Counted from the first letter of the stretch, positions 30,717 to 40,658 are shown. The stretch: DNA of 64,000 nt from Pseudomonadota bacterium (GCA_030671085.1 DAOVAI010000001.1:3633-67632), one strand, 5' to 3'. Translations and numbers: made by a program. The notes: generated from the letters alone by a model not told the origin.

Positions 30717-32717
30717 TTATTCTGAGATTGGTATATCAACTATGAGTGAGGTGAATGAACCAAACTCACTCTTTATCCTGAGGTACCCCTTGTTGTCTTG
30801 GATAAGGCCGTGGCTGATGCTCAGCCCTAACCCGGTGCCTTCTCCTGCAGGTTTAGTCGAATAAAAGGGGTCATAGATTCGATCAATAATATCCTGTTCT
30901 ATTCCGGTACCGTTGTCTGTTATTGTAATACGGACGTACGATTTGTTCTCGTGCTCCACTTCCTCGCCGGAGAGGAAGATCTTTTTGTCAGGGTCTTGCG
31001 TCGGGAACCGTTTGTTCAGCGCATACCTGGCGTTGGAGAGTATGTTCAGCAGCACCTGTTGAATCTGCTGCGCATTACAGTAGACCGAAGATAATTCGGG
31101 CGGGAGATGGAATTCGAACAGGATCTGATCATTTCTGAATTGATGGCTCACCAGTTCAAGACAGTTTTGCACGATCTTGTGAATGGAGTGGTCTTCCGGT
31201 GATTCATCCCGCCGTCTGGAAAAGTCGAGAAGATTGGAAACAATAGTGGCAACCCGCTTTCCTTCTTTAATGATTCGTCTGAGCAGGTCAGGGGAGTCGG
31301 AATCAGTGGGATCGTCGAGAATAATCTGGGCGTAATTGATGATGCCGTTGATAGGATTATTGATTTCATGGGCAACACCGGCAGCGAGTTCCCCCACTGA
31401 GGCAAGTTGTGCAGAGCGCAGGGCCTCTGCTTGCATCAACTCTTCTTCTGTGAGATCTCTTGCCACGAGAAGTGAAGCCGCCATGCTGTTGTTCGGTGAT
31501 TGCAGTGGGCTGACTGTCAGCAGGTAATTTCCATGCAGACCGCGTAGTTCTGTTTCGATAATCCGACTCTGTCTTGTCTTGATCAGATCTTCCAGGGGAC
31601 AGGCTGACCCCTGCGTGCGGCCAAGATGAAGGATGTCACATATCTGCTGACCTATAACCTCTGATCTGCTTTTCCTTGCCGCGGTAAATGTTGCAAGATT
31701 TGCATCCAGGATAACAGCGTCACTGGATACGAGCAGGGCTGGGTCCTGAATCGCTGAAAATATGTTTTCCCATTGAGCGATCGCTCGATGGAGATCTTCT
31801 CCGGCCTGTATCTGACCGGTAATATCAATACCAAAAAGAACAAGTCCAACCTTGCCCTGTTCAATGTTCTGTCGAAAAGATCCATGCCAGTCAATAGTGC
31901 GTTCCTGCTTATCTTTGGTAAGGAGACAAGACTCAAAATTCATCTGTTCCTGTTCACCTTTGAGGACATTGCTCAGAAGCTGCTGGTTTGATTTTCGATG
32001 CTCTGGGGCCATGAGCACATCAACCCAGTAGAGGTCAATGACTTCTTTTTCTTTGTATCCGGTTACTTTTTCGGCAGTCTGATTAAAAGAAAGGATTCTT
32101 CCGCAAGGGGAAATGGAGACAAGCAGGGCCTGCATAGTGTCGACGATTTCCCGATTAAAATCCCGTTCGATCTGCATCCGCTGAGTCATGTCCTGGGAAT
32201 AGAGGGCCAGGGAGATATCAGCGACTACGGTTTGCAGAAAGGAGATTTCGTCTTTGCTAAAGCAGTCGATTTTCTCGGAATGGATGTTGAGAACACCAAA
32301 TTCTTTATCTTTATGGGTCAATGGCCAGGCGGAACAGGATCGGAATCCGGTTTTTAAGGCAATCTCTTTGAGGGCAGGAGAGTCAATTTGCTCGAGAACA
32401 TTTCCGTATACGACATAGGACTGGGAAAGCAGTGCCTTGGCTGCAGGGTTGCTCTCATGCATGTCGGTGATGACCTGTTCCACCAGATACATGCAGTCTT
32501 TTTCAGGGATATTCGCCGATGTTAAGGCAACGAGAGGGGTAATACCTTTACCGTCACTATCGCGTTTTCCTGCCCATATCAGACAGTATTCCTGATCTTG
32601 CATGATCACTTCACAGCACTTTTGCAGGAGCGTATTTTTTCCAGCGATCTCTTCGGCATCAGAGGCAGCCAGTTCATTAATGGCGAGAAGCAGGGCGTTT
32701 CTTCTGGAAGGATTCAT
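30717..32717 (-). CDS. Cytoplasmic GAF-PAS-PAS histidine kinase
   Basis: GAF (CSAWPL, GVLNIHS); AGVAHEINNP; NILSNA, DNGTG, FYSTK, GTGLGL. Confidence 0.95.
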   Translation of the reverse strand: MNPSRRNALLLAINELAASDAEEIAGKNTLLQKCCEVIMQDQEYCLIWAGKRDSDGKGITPLVALTSANIPEKDCMYLVEQVITDMHESNPAAKALLSQSYVVYGNVLEQIDSPALKEIALKTGFRSCSAWPLTHKDKEFGVLNIHSEKIDCFSKDEISFLQTVVADISLALYSQDMTQRMQIERDFNREIVDTMQALLVSISPCGRILSFNQTAEKVTGYKEKEVIDLYWVDVLMAPEHRKSNQQLLSNVLKGEQEQMNFESCLLTKDKQERTIDWHGSFRQNIEQGKVGLVLFGIDITGQIQAGEDLHRAIAQWENIFSAIQDPALLVSSDAVILDANLATFTAARKSRSEVIGQQICDILHLGRTQGSACPLEDLIKTRQSRIIETELRGLHGNYLLTVSPLQSPNNSMAASLLVARDLTEEELMQAEALRSAQLASVGELAAGVAHEINNPINGIINYAQIILDDPTDSDSPDLLRRIIKEGKRVATIVSNLLDFSRRRDESPEDHSIHKIVQNCLELVSHQFRNDQILFEFHLPPELSSVYCNAQQIQQVLLNILSNARYALNKRFPTQDPDKKIFLSGEEVEHENKSYVRITITDNGTGIEQDIIDRIYDPFYSTKPAGEGTGLGLSISHGLIQDNKGYLRIKSEFGSFTSLIVDIPISE

Positions 32718-32778
32718 GGGGTTAGGTCCAATAAAGATGACAATTTGTTAAAGCTGAGTCGTCATAGGTGAAAGCTTG

Positions 32779-32856
32779 CCACACTTCTGTGGTAAATAAC
32801 TACATACTACCACACTTTTACCACAGAAGTGTAGTGGAATGCGATACACTTCTGTC
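32779..32856. promoter_or_regulatory. Cluster of CCACA-N4-TGT[GA]G sites
   Basis: CCACACTTCTGTGG, CCACAGAAGTGTAG and TACACTTCTGTC resemble the repeated units at 27511-27560. Confidence 0.5.
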
Positions 32857-32872
32857 TGTTTAATATAAAGTT

Positions 32873-32888
32873 TGCATAGCTCGTGCCT
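32873..32888 (-). promoter_or_regulatory. sigma54 -24/-12 promoter for the left-arm regulatory genes
   Basis: AGGCACGAGCTATGCA (GG-N10-GC). Confidence 0.7.
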
Positions 32889-33123
32889 GAATTGAGTTGG
32901 GTTATCAGAAAACTGATGGAAAGGAAAAAAACTGGGTTGAAGGGATTAGTGAGAAAATAATTTCAGGAGCTCATTCAGGTCTATTTCTTTTTTGTTGTGC
33001 GTAGTTAGAGCCTTTGGAGGAGGGGGCTCAATCTCTGCAAAAATCTTCTGCAGAAGATTTCATTGCCCGTCCTTTTTTAGAATTATCTTGACTCCTTCAG
33101 GAATAGGTGTATTTTGCGCGAAG

Positions 33124-33154
33124 CAACTGTTGCAAAAATGTAGCGCAACAGTTG
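33124..33154. promoter_or_regulatory. TGTTGC/GCAACA inverted repeat
   Basis: CAACTGTTGC-N11-GCAACAGTTG in the divergent intergenic region. Confidence 0.55.
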
Positions 33155-33317
33155 TGCCGCATTTTTTATCCTATTAAATCATGCTGTTACGGAGAACACA
33201 CTTTTGGGCCACACTCAGCAATGAATGAGGCCTCATTTATGATTGTCGGTTTTCATCCACCTGAACTGCCGGCTCGTTTGAACACATCCATGTGTTTCAA
33301 GTACAAGGAGGGGAAGA

Positions 33318-34076
33318 ATGAACATTAAGGACTTGGAAAAGGAAGAAAATGAGGGCATTGATACACTGCCTTCAGAAGAACGTCGTAAATTCCTGAAAAT
33401 GGGACTGGCGGTCACTGGTGTTTTCCTTGGAGGCTCTGTCTTATCACTGACTGCTGTTAAAAGTGCCAGAGCTGTAGATTCCGTAATACCTGCTGAAGGA
33501 CAATATCCTTACAGCAAGCATTACGGAATGATAATGAGACAAAATAACTGTGTCGACTGTGAAAAATGTCTTGATGCCTGCAGGGAGACAAATCATGTCC
33601 CTGTTGGCCACGGTGCCTGGAGAACGACTATTCAGGAGCGTTTGACCACTGTTGATGATGTGGAGCAAAGAGAATTCAGACCGATACTCTGCAACCATTG
33701 CAATCGTCCTCCCTGTGTTCGAGTCTGTCCCACCAAGGCTACCTATAAAGATCCGGAAACCGGTATCGTTGTCATGGACTATAAAAAATGTATTGGCTGT
33801 AAGACCTGCATGGCAGCCTGTCCCTATAATGCCAGATATTTCAATCATGACAAATATGCCATCGATAAGTGTAATTTCTGTATAGATACAAGGCTTGCCC
33901 AGGGGAAAAAAGATACTGCCTGTGTTGCAGTCTGTCCTGCAAAAGTACGAATTTTTGGTGATATAAAAGATAAAAGCACAGAAATCTATCAACTGCTGCA
34001 TGAGCCTGACAATAAAATCTGGGTGTTGCGTCCGGAAACAGGTGCCTTGCCTAATGTTTTTTACATGAATGCATAG
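33318..34076 (+). CDS. Tat-exported 4Fe-4S protein (NrfC/PsrB/DsrO-like)
   Basis: ERRKFLK; CVDCEKCLDAC, CNHCNRPPCVRVCP, CIGCKTCMAACPY, KCNFC...ACVAVCP. Confidence 0.93.
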   Translation: MNIKDLEKEENEGIDTLPSEERRKFLKMGLAVTGVFLGGSVLSLTAVKSARAVDSVIPAEGQYPYSKHYGMIMRQNNCVDCEKCLDACRETNHVPVGHGAWRTTIQERLTTVDDVEQREFRPILCNHCNRPPCVRVCPTKATYKDPETGIVVMDYKKCIGCKTCMAACPYNARYFNHDKYAIDKCNFCIDTRLAQGKKDTACVAVCPAKVRIFGDIKDKSTEIYQLLHEPDNKIWVLRPETGALPNVFYMNA

Positions 34077-34181
34077 GTCACCCGGTCCTGTGATTACAAG
34101 CTGTCTGTAAAACGCAGTTACTGCTGCATCAGACTGCAGCTCACTCACCGTCTACCACTCAGATTTTAGGAGATTATAAAA

Positions 34182-34847
34182 ATGAATAAGAATTTCGTTA
34201 GCGCTGTTGGGGTCACCATGCTTGCAGGGACATTTCTGCTTGTCAGTCATGCAACAGCTACAGAAGAGTACGATGTAAAGGCATTTGGCCCGAAAAGCCC
34301 AATTGTCTGGCAAAAACCGGTTAAAGTTGTCTTTGAACACAGAGTCCATACAGATGACATTGGTCTTGAGTGCGGTGCCTGCCATGGAGAACTTTTTGCC
34401 ATGCAGCGTGGGGTTGCTCCTAGAACAGGAAAGCTGAGCATGGCTTCCCTTGCCGAAGGTCAATTTTGCGGCGCCTGTCATGATGGAGAGACTGCTTTTG
34501 CCTCTGATACGAACTGCATTGCCTGTCACGTTGTTCCGGAAGATCCAATAGTGTGGACGAAACCAGTCAAAGCAGTTGTTTTTTACCATCAGGTACACAC
34601 CGAGGAATACGGTCTGGATTGCGACTCCTGTCATAACGATGCATTTGCCATGAAAAAAGGTGCAGCAGAGAATTCATCCAACTTCACAATGAAAGCCCTT
34701 TATGACGGGCAATACTGCGGTAAGTGTCATGACGGCGAAACTGCTTTTGCCTCAAACACTCTCTGCAACACATGTCATATTGGAGTGAAAGGGTATAACC
34801 GGATGACTGGTGCAGATCCTCATGCTGACGAACAGAGTGGTCATTGA
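34182..34847 (+). CDS. c7-type multiheme cytochrome, 6 CxxCH
   Basis: Signal peptide; two triheme repeats (VVFxHxxH, CxxCH, M..G.[FY]CGxCHDG..AF, CxxCH). Confidence 0.93.
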   Translation: MNKNFVSAVGVTMLAGTFLLVSHATATEEYDVKAFGPKSPIVWQKPVKVVFEHRVHTDDIGLECGACHGELFAMQRGVAPRTGKLSMASLAEGQFCGACHDGETAFASDTNCIACHVVPEDPIVWTKPVKAVVFYHQVHTEEYGLDCDSCHNDAFAMKKGAAENSSNFTMKALYDGQYCGKCHDGETAFASNTLCNTCHIGVKGYNRMTGADPHADEQSGH

Positions 34848-34948
34848 TCGACAAAGAGGTTTTATTCTCGTTCATGTGATGATCCACGTAGAATTATCTG
34901 AAACGCACAGGCCAAGAGCCTGATAAAAAAATTGTGCAGGAGATTAAA

Positions 34949-36142
34949 ATGGCGAACAATTCAATAACAACTATATTTGCCCAGACGCAGGATACTCGTC
35001 TGGCTACACCCGGGATGAACCGGGCAACGATTTTCTTTCTGATTACCATTGTGGCTGGTCTCAGCTGCGGTGTGGCTTCCTTTTTCTTTGGTCATGAGGC
35101 CATCTACAACAATACTCGCGAAGTACCCTGGGGGATGTTGATTTCTACTTATGCCTTCTGGGCCATTACTTCTACCGGTCTTTGTATCTATGCAGCTATT
35201 TCCCATCTTTTTGGCGGCACCAGAATGGCTATTGTCAGTAACAGAATGGTCTGGATGTCCATTGTCTGCATCCTTGCAGCCTTTGCTACCATCGGTGTGG
35301 AGATCGCAAGCCCTCACAGGATGATCATTTACAATATCCTTTCTCCCAACCCAACTTCTAATATCTGGTGGATGGGAACTCTTTACGGTCTTGCTGTAGG
35401 TTGCATGATTGTGGAATTTTTTGGCATTATCACCGGGCTCGCCCGTATTGCAGTTATTCTTGGAACAGCTGGTGCCGTTGCTGAAGTTCTTGCCAATAGC
35501 TGTCTCGGCGGCGTGTTTGCAACATTGCCTGGAAGACCATACTGGTACGGTGGACAGCTTCCTATCTATTTCCTTACCGCTGCCTTTCTCTCTGGAGCGG
35601 CTGCTACCGTACTCTTTAACCATCTTGCCTATAAAATTCGCGGTGAGGAGATGAGCGAAGCTGTCAAACTGGGAGTAAAAAGTGCTGGTAAGGCCATGAC
35701 CCTGGTTCTTGTCCTCTACAGTGTCGCAACATTCTGGCGTCTGATCATGTACTATGTTGGTGGCGCTGAACTTGGACGCATTGCAGCTGGTGCGCTGATT
35801 ACCGGGCCGCTCTCTGTCAACTTCTGGGTCCTTGAAGTATGCGTTGGGCTGATTATTCCCCTCTTGCTTATTATCCTTTCTCGTCTTGAAAATGTTGGGA
35901 TGATGGCCTTAGCAGGACTCCTTATCCTCGTTGGACAGTTTGTTGCGCGCTATGACCTTATTGCAGCCGGTCTGCTTGTCCCTGCATCTTTAGGCTGGGA
36001 CAATGTCCCTACCTATTTAGACTACGTACCGTCTATCTTTGAGTTTGGTGTAATAATCGGAAGCATAAGTGTTGTTGCTTTTGGTTTTCTTATGGGAGAA
36101 AGAGTTTTTGGTAAAGTCTTTGATCAGAAAGAACATCACTGA
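34949..36142 (+). CDS. NrfD/PsrC-family membrane subunit
   Basis: TREVPWGMLISTY, SNIWWMGTLY, RPYWYG, PIYFL, RYD. Confidence 0.92.
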   Translation: MANNSITTIFAQTQDTRLATPGMNRATIFFLITIVAGLSCGVASFFFGHEAIYNNTREVPWGMLISTYAFWAITSTGLCIYAAISHLFGGTRMAIVSNRMVWMSIVCILAAFATIGVEIASPHRMIIYNILSPNPTSNIWWMGTLYGLAVGCMIVEFFGIITGLARIAVILGTAGAVAEVLANSCLGGVFATLPGRPYWYGGQLPIYFLTAAFLSGAAATVLFNHLAYKIRGEEMSEAVKLGVKSAGKAMTLVLVLYSVATFWRLIMYYVGGAELGRIAAGALITGPLSVNFWVLEVCVGLIIPLLLIILSRLENVGMMALAGLLILVGQFVARYDLIAAGLLVPASLGWDNVPTYLDYVPSIFEFGVIIGSISVVAFGFLMGERVFGKVFDQKEHH

Positions 36143-36148
36143 TTTAGC

Positions 36149-36195
36149 AAACAAACAAAAAAGGTCGCTCTTGGAGCGGCCTTTTTTGTTTGTTT
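36149..36195. terminator. Bidirectional intrinsic terminator
   Basis: AAACAAACAAAAAAGGTCGCTC-TTG-GAGCGGCCTTTTTTGTTTGTTT. Confidence 0.85.
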
Positions 36196-36239
36196 CTCTT
36201 GAGTGTCTACACCATATTTATAACCAATAGTTGGTAACT

Positions 36240-37388
36240 ATGTCAGATACAATAGGTGATAGTGAAAAGCAGTTGGCCCTGCAGGAGTGTTCGAGTCTGC
36301 AGGATTCTTGTCCGGCTGGAGGAGGGAATGAACTTTTTCAGGCCATCCAGGATCCGGTCCTGGTCGTCACTCCCAATGGAATCATTATCGATGCCAATAA
36401 TGCTGCCCTGAACGCTGCCCAAAAGAGTCGATCTGAAATCATCGGTAAAGGGATCTGTAAAATTATCCATGGAGGCAGTTCGCCACATCTTAAATGTCCT
36501 CTGGAAGAGTTTCTGCTCACCTGTTCTCCGCGTGTTGAAGAAAGCACACTCCCCGGCCTCTCCGGTGAATATCTGCTCACCATTACACCAGTTAAAGATC
36601 AAGATGAAACCGTGCGCAAGATTCTTCTTGTGGCAAGGGAGCTGACCAGTGATGAGATGCGAAAAGCAGATTCCATACGAACTGCCCAGATGGCTGCCAT
36701 TGGCGAACTCGCTGCAGGTGTCGCCCATGAGGTCAATAATCCTATTACCGGTATCATAAACTTTGCCCAGTTGCTTCTTGACGACAGCGAAAAAGATTCT
36801 TTACAGGAGGAGCTTTTAGGGCGGATTGTTGACGAAGGAGAAAGGATTGCCTCAATTATAAAAAATCTCCTTTCCTTTGCCCGTGAAAGTGAAAATGATA
36901 ACGAACCGATAGAAATGGTCCAGGTCATACAAGACAGCCTTTCGCTGGTTGAGCATCAGTTTAAAAAAGACGGTATTAAAATAAGTACGGAATATTCTGC
37001 AGAATCTTGTCGAATAAATGGAAATTTCAGACAGTTACAGCAAGTCATCCTCAATTTGCTGAGTAATGCCCGTTTTGCCTTGAACGAACGCTACCCCAAT
37101 GCTTCACCAGACAAAAAAATAGAAATTACCTGTTATCCTTTTATTAGAGAGGGAGGGCAGCCGGTGACTCAAGTCTCAATCAAAGATACGGGTACTGGTA
37201 TTCCCCAAGGCATTCTTAACCGCTTATTTGATCCATTTTTCACAACCAAGCCCTCTGGAAAGGGAACCGGGCTTGGTCTGAGTATCAGTTATGGCATTAT
37301 TCAGGATCACGGCGGTGTTATTAAGGTTGACTCAATAATGCATCAATATACCAAGATGATAGTCGAAATACCTTCATCGGGTGCGTAA
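36240..37388 (+). CDS. PAS histidine kinase, paralog of the C-terminal half of 30717-32717
   Basis: FQAIQDPVLVV...CPLEE PAS; AGVAHEVNNP; NLLSNARFALN; GTGLGL. Confidence 0.95.
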   Translation: MSDTIGDSEKQLALQECSSLQDSCPAGGGNELFQAIQDPVLVVTPNGIIIDANNAALNAAQKSRSEIIGKGICKIIHGGSSPHLKCPLEEFLLTCSPRVEESTLPGLSGEYLLTITPVKDQDETVRKILLVARELTSDEMRKADSIRTAQMAAIGELAAGVAHEVNNPITGIINFAQLLLDDSEKDSLQEELLGRIVDEGERIASIIKNLLSFARESENDNEPIEMVQVIQDSLSLVEHQFKKDGIKISTEYSAESCRINGNFRQLQQVILNLLSNARFALNERYPNASPDKKIEITCYPFIREGGQPVTQVSIKDTGTGIPQGILNRLFDPFFTTKPSGKGTGLGLSISYGIIQDHGGVIKVDSIMHQYTKMIVEIPSSGA

Positions 37389-37389
37389 A

Positions 37390-39189
37390 ATGGATAATCA
37401 AGTCATTCAGGAAAAAGATACCCACATTCTCATCGTTGATGATGAGGCAAGTATTCGGCTTACTTTTGAGATGTTCCTGGCCCGTGAAGGATATGGAGCA
37501 ATAACTACTGCCTCTACTCTAGATGAAGCTCTCGTTGCCATCAAAGAACATGACTTTGATCTCATAATCAGTGATATAGTCCTGGAAGGAGAGAAGGGGA
37601 CTGATCTTCTCTGCAAGATCAGGGAGGCAGGAATTGAATGCCCCGTGGTCATGGTTACCGGATTCCCAAATCTTGACACCGCTGCTGAGGCAGTACGTTA
37701 TGGTGCCTTCGATTACATCTCCAAACCAGTAAACAAAGAGACCTTGCTTAAGTTCGTAAGGCAGGCCTTGAAGCATTGGAGACTTGAAAACGAGAAAAAA
37801 CAGTTATTGCAGGAAAATGAAAAATTTAAACGGTACCTGCAAGCCATTTTCAGTTCGGTAAGGGACGCAATTATCACAATAGATAATGAAATGAATATTG
37901 TGCAGCTCAATGAGACTGCTAAACAATGGCTCCTTTATTCTGACTCTGATAAACAGGCCAGCCTGGAATCGTATCAAAGTGAAATGGGTAAGGCATGTCT
38001 GCAAGACGCCCAACAGGTATTATCCAGCAGGCAAGAGGTAAGAGAACACCAGGTTGAATGCAGAAAATCTGACGGCAACATACGCATTATAAGTCTCAAC
38101 GCAGCACCTTTAGAAGATGGATTTGATGAATTCAGTGGTGTCGTCATAGTGGCTAGAGATATTACCCTGCCTGAACCTGCCACTGGTAAGAATTCCAGAA
38201 ACAAGTTCCACGGCTATGTCGGTTCCAGTCAGGCAATGCAGAATGTCTATAACTTAATTGAAAATGTTGGAAAAGTTGATACAGCAGTCCTTGTAACGGG
38301 TCAGTCCGGCACCGGAAAGGAACTTGCCGCTGAAGCATTACATGCAGAAAGTGGGAGGCGCGACGGGCCTCTGGTCAAAGTAGACTGTGCTGCAATGCCT
38401 GAAGAGTTATTGGAAAGTGAACTCTTTGGTCACATAAAAGGAGCGTTCACCGGAGCAGATAAAGATCGCCCGGGCAGACTGATTCAAGCAGACAAGGGTA
38501 CACTCTTTCTTGATGAAATTGGAGACATCTCACCTCGTATGCAGCTGCGTTTACTACGGTTTCTTCAGGAGAAAACTTTTACTCCGGTTGGTCAGGATAC
38601 CCATGTACAAGTGGATGTCAGAATTGTTGCTGCCACCAATGTGAATTTGACAGAAAAAGTCAGAGAGGGGGGTTTTCGTGAAGACCTCTACTACCGATTA
38701 AAAGTTGTAGAGATAAAATTACCCCCCTTATGCGATAGAAAAGGGGGCATTCCTATTCTAGTGCACCACTTCCTTTCTCTCTTTCGTGAGAAACTGAAAC
38801 GCAATATCCATGGTATTTCCGACCAGGCCATGGAAGCACTCTCACGTTACTCTTGGCCTGGTAATGTTCGTGAGTTACGCCATGTTATTGAGAGAGCTTG
38901 TGTGTTATGCGAAGGCCCAACTATTTCTTTAGAGCATTTCCCCGATGAAATCCAAAAACCTGTAGTGCATATTTCTGAACCGGCTGAAAACAAAGCACAC
39001 CTTGCAAGTGTTACTACACTCCCCCCCTATATCAGCGAGGAAGATGAGATTGTAGAGGTTCTCAAACGAGCGCGCGGCAATAAAACTAAGGCTGCACGCA
39101 TGCTCAACATTGATCGTTCCACTCTCTATCGTAAGATGCAGCGCTTTGGCATGGCCAGCGATATCGCAAAAACTCCTCACAAACAATAG
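37390..39189 (+). CDS. sigma54-dependent response regulator REC-PAS-AAA+-HTH (paralog 2)
   Basis: ILIVDDE, LIISD, GQSGTGKE, GAFTGA, WPGNVREL, RSTLYRK. Confidence 0.96.
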   Translation: MDNQVIQEKDTHILIVDDEASIRLTFEMFLAREGYGAITTASTLDEALVAIKEHDFDLIISDIVLEGEKGTDLLCKIREAGIECPVVMVTGFPNLDTAAEAVRYGAFDYISKPVNKETLLKFVRQALKHWRLENEKKQLLQENEKFKRYLQAIFSSVRDAIITIDNEMNIVQLNETAKQWLLYSDSDKQASLESYQSEMGKACLQDAQQVLSSRQEVREHQVECRKSDGNIRIISLNAAPLEDGFDEFSGVVIVARDITLPEPATGKNSRNKFHGYVGSSQAMQNVYNLIENVGKVDTAVLVTGQSGTGKELAAEALHAESGRRDGPLVKVDCAAMPEELLESELFGHIKGAFTGADKDRPGRLIQADKGTLFLDEIGDISPRMQLRLLRFLQEKTFTPVGQDTHVQVDVRIVAATNVNLTEKVREGGFREDLYYRLKVVEIKLPPLCDRKGGIPILVHHFLSLFREKLKRNIHGISDQAMEALSRYSWPGNVRELRHVIERACVLCEGPTISLEHFPDEIQKPVVHISEPAENKAHLASVTTLPPYISEEDEIVEVLKRARGNKTKAARMLNIDRSTLYRKMQRFGMASDIAKTPHKQ

Positions 39190-39262
39190 TAATTATGTTG
39201 CAAAGTTGTTGCACGCAACAACTTTGCAACATAATTAGACTCAACGCAACACATTCGCAACA
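39190..39262. promoter_or_regulatory. Perfect palindrome with 23-bp arms plus phased GCAACA repeats, candidate UAS
   Basis: TAATTATGTTGCAAAGTTGTTGC-AC-GCAACAACTTTGCAACATAATTA (39190-39237); GCAACA at 39215, 39226, 39246, 39257. Confidence 0.7.
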
Positions 39263-39382
39263 GAACCCACCCTTCCTCTTTTATCTCCCTTTGCGTTTTT
39301 TATCTGAAATTCTGTTATAAAAAGACATAAAACCAATTAGTTAGGTGGTGAGCACGTTTTTCGTAAAGGTTTTTCGAGTAAT

Positions 39383-39398
39383 TGGCACGCGGAGTGCA
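39383..39398 (+). promoter_or_regulatory. sigma54 -24/-12 promoter
   Basis: TGGCACGCGGAGTGCA. Confidence 0.85.
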
Positions 39399-39464
39399 AT
39401 AAGGAATGCATAACGTAACTGAGAAGTTAACAGCCCACTACCGACTCTTATAAAGGAGAGAACA

Positions 39465-39671
39465 ATGAAAAATACAACAGCAATTACCAGAGAAAGAAGC
39501 GCAGCCATAGATAACGTCAGTGTTGAGCTGAGCAAAGTAGGTGTTAGTGCTGTTGGTATCTCTTCAGCGCTCATTGGTTGCTGGGCTGTAGCCTGCCTTG
39601 CTTCCGGTATGATAAGCAGTGGCGGCCCTGCATCCCTCGTGTCAAATTTTGTTTCTGCCCTTATTGGATAA
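39465..39671 (+). CDS. Small membrane peptide, GxWxxxC family (subtype A)
   Basis: AAGGAG RBS; ELSKV...IGCWAVACLASG..SSGGP..LV..FVSALIG. Confidence 0.9.
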   Translation: MKNTTAITRERSAAIDNVSVELSKVGVSAVGISSALIGCWAVACLASGMISSGGPASLVSNFVSALIG

Positions 39672-39713
39672 GCATGAGTTTATGATCTCGAAATGATAAC
39701 CTAGGAGCTCAGG

Positions 39714-39926
39714 ATGAACAGCACACACACAATTGAACAAAGCAACAATCAGGCAAAAGCAAGAGCCAATGTCGGTACTGAAATTTCTAAAGTAAGTATT
39801 GCTGCCATTGCTGTCTCCGCAGGAGTTATTGGATGCTGGGCCACAGCCTGCCTGTTTGCTGGAACCATCAGTAGTGGTGGCCCATCCGGACTTGTAAATC
39901 ATTTAGTGAAAGCAATTATCGGTTAG
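39714..39926 (+). CDS. Small membrane peptide, GxWxxxC family (subtype A)
   Basis: AGGAG RBS; EISKV...IGCWATACLFAG..SSGGP..LV..LVKAIIG. Confidence 0.9.
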   Translation: MNSTHTIEQSNNQAKARANVGTEISKVSIAAIAVSAGVIGCWATACLFAGTISSGGPSGLVNHLVKAIIG

Positions 39927-39972
39927 TAATGATCTGAACCAGATCGCCAAAAGATAGAAGAGGTATATCCCC

Positions 39973-40197
39973 ATGGAAGAAAAAGCAATTGCCAAAGAAG
40001 CCACCAAGGCAACCACCACAGTTCATGAAATAGAGCATACTGATAGTGAACTGTATAAAGTCGGTATGTATACCACCGCGGCCTTTGCTGTTGCAGTAGG
40101 TGGATGGGGACTGGTTTGTCTTTCCAGTTCTATTCTTAAAAATGGTGGTCCTCTTGAGTTGTTGAGAAATCTTTTTCAGGTGGTTACAGGAATGTAA
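39973..40197 (+). CDS. Small membrane peptide, GxWxxxC family (subtype B)
   Basis: GAGGT RBS; TDSELYKVG...VGGWGLVCLSS...GGP...LFQVVTGM. Confidence 0.9.
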   Translation: MEEKAIAKEATKATTTVHEIEHTDSELYKVGMYTTAAFAVAVGGWGLVCLSSSILKNGGPLELLRNLFQVVTGM

Positions 40198-40223
40198 AAA
40201 GTCTCTCCTGAACTGTTTAACAG

Positions 40224-40261
40224 AAAAGGTCAGTAAGCTTTTTGCTTGCTGACCTTTTTTT
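40224..40261 (+). terminator. Intrinsic terminator
   Basis: AAAAGGTCAGTAAGC-TTTTT-GCTTGCTGACCTTTTTTT. Confidence 0.85.
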
Positions 40262-40464
40262 GTTTCCCCTCTCTCAGCAACCACAATCCGTATAGCCTGT
40301 TGGTCCTGCATCTCCTACTGATTTTCAAAGCATCACTCCTCTTCTCATCTTCCCCATCGTTGTCTGGCTGCAGGCTTTCAGTCTCCAGTCCACCTTTGCA
40401 GAGCCTCTGTTGTTCTGTTCGGCATGCAGGGTTCCTCTATACTCTATATAGGGAAGAATCAGAT

Positions 40465-40523
40465 TGTTGCATTTTTGTTGCGGCTTGTGTTGCGTTCTGT
40501 TGCAACGCAACGGTTTTGCAACG
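40465..40523. promoter_or_regulatory. Helically phased TGTTGC/GCAAC array, candidate UAS
   Basis: TGTTGC at 40465, 40476, 40488, 40498; GCAACG at 40502, 40507, 40518. Confidence 0.65.
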
Positions 40524-40642
40524 CTTCGTCCTGTGCAAGGTTCTTTTTTAAAGTCTCTCTGTAAACATTCAATCTTCATTTTGTACGATAAAACAGTGGG
40601 ATATATATATAGTGGAGTTTTTATGGTTGAATGATTTCGTTT

Positions 40643-40658
40643 TGGCATCGTACCTGCA
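40643..40658 (+). promoter_or_regulatory. sigma54 -24/-12 promoter
   Basis: TGGCATCGTACCTGCA. Confidence 0.8.

Noticed and set aside
39190-40523. CRISPR array
   Set aside because: Repeats are 6-bp half-sites with ~11-bp period, no spacers and no cas genes; no CRISPR array seen anywhere in the window.
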